From the NCBI RefSeq assembly GCF_006345805.1, contig NC_042999.1, positions 160,890,001 through 160,954,000 of the forward strand: 64,000 bases of DNA, in the 5' to 3' direction. The stretch comes from Octopus sinensis. Lineage: Eukaryota. Below the pieces are notes generated by a model. It was given only the letters and a program-made list of their open reading frames with translations. It had not been told where the DNA came from and ran no database searches. Within the stretch, counting starts at the first letter, position 1. The number at the start of each line of letters is the position of its first letter. The translations under genes and the position numbers were made by a program. This document shows positions 62,663-64,000 of the stretch, one piece after another.

Positions 62663-63269
62663 CGTGTGTATTATATTTATGTATAGATATGTATGTACTT
62701 ATATGTACTCGTTTGTATAAATAGGATCCTGGTTCCAATAAAAATATTTGCTTTTCTTTTCCTCACTTTCCTTCTATTATGTAGTATGTGATGAAACATG
62801 ATACCCATCTGCCAAACAAATATAGGCAAAACCTACATGTTTACTGTCTTTCTGTTTATGTACACAACTTTAACTGGTTATTAGTGTAAACCAAAACCAT
62901 GTGGTTGGGAAGCAAACTTCTATCATACAGCTATGCCTGCCCTGAAATTCTCAGATCAAATGATTTAGTCATTCTTTCATACTGCTTCTGTTGCTATTCA
63001 TTGTCACGAACATTCTCCTATTCTTAAGGCCAACACCCTCCAATTTTTTAAGTAGGGAAATTTTTTTACGTCACAAGTGGATAGTTACAGGATATATCAT
63101 TTACAAATAAGCAACAGAGTAACTCAAGTTCCAAGAGTTTCGTGCTTTGGCACTTATCAAACATATATACTACACATATACTCATATTTTGAGTTTTATA
63201 TATCCTCTATGCACCAACATACATGTGTGTGTGTGTGTGTGCATATTGGATCATCTCATAAATAATGTG

Positions 63270-64000
63270 GGTTTTTCAACTGCAATGAACTAAAAGTTGG
63301 AGGGGGCAGGGCAGGATAAAGTAACAGGATGAGTAAAACGTAAGCAACATTTTGAAACTCCTTCTTTTGCAGGAAACCATCAAGGTACGTGAAAAAGTGG
63401 TAGTCGGTGGGAGAAAGGTCTGGGGAATAAGCTGTGTGGGGAAGAACTTCATGACCAAATTCCCTTCAACTTCTGGAGCGTCATTAGTGAAATGTGTGGT
63501 CAAGCATTGTCATGAAGAATGACGGGCCCTCTTCTGTTGACCAGGCGGAGAAGTAGCAGTTTTTTTTATCATTTTGGCAATTTCATGGCAATATGTTTCT
63601 GCAGTAATGGTTTTTCCAGGTTTTAAGAAGTTATATTGGGTGAGTCCAGCAATACACCACCAAATAGTCCCCATAGCCCTCTTTTTGAAGAACTCGGGTT
63701 TAGAGGAGGTTTTTGGTGCTTCATTTTGGTCCACCCACTGCGACGAACGTTTTTTTTATTATAGCACAGAATCTGCTTTCCATTGCAAGTTACAATATGG
63801 TTGAGAAATGGATCAGTCTGGTTACGGAGAAGAAGCGACGTGCAAATTTCATACCTGCGCATTTTCTGATTTTCATTCAAATCGTGTGGTACCCTTTTGT
63901 CGAGCTTTTTTGATTTTTCCAATCACATGCAAATGGTTGCAGGCAGTTTTCTGGCTAATGTGAAATTATTTTGCCAGTTCTCAAGTGGTGGTACATGGAT
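63270..64000 (-). mobile_element. Decayed mariner transposase, running off the window edge
   Basis: RVPHDLNENQK (WVPHEL motif), FLNHIVTC, FLKPGKTITAETYC; frameshifted. Confidence 0.85.

Overview
Eukaryotic, AT-rich and repeat-dense DNA. The SINE, RTE and Helitron families look like those of octopus genomes; this assignment comes from my recall of the repeats, not from a search. One protein-coding gene is present: a minus-strand acid sphingomyelinase (SMPD1-like). I reconstructed it by hand as 13 coding exons between 49686 and 452, all introns GT-AG with matching phases, 1698 nt in total, giving 565 aa. It has a signal peptide, a saposin-B domain, a Pro-rich linker, a metallophosphoesterase domain with all metal ligands, and a Cys-rich C-terminus. 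A splice acceptor 14 nt upstream of the ATG implies a non-coding first exon further right. The introns and the upstream 14 kb are filled with tRNA-derived SINEs, RTE and RLE-type LINE fragments, non-autonomous Helitrons (one carrying a ~100-bp x10 satellite), a decayed piggyBac, TTAA and hAT MITEs, Tc1/mariner relics and microsatellites. I found no new multi-gene system. The most unusual signals are a short multi-hairpin repeat with compensatory base-pair changes between its two copies, several long palindromes (one split by a SINE), and repeated local copying of repeat ends together with their flanks.
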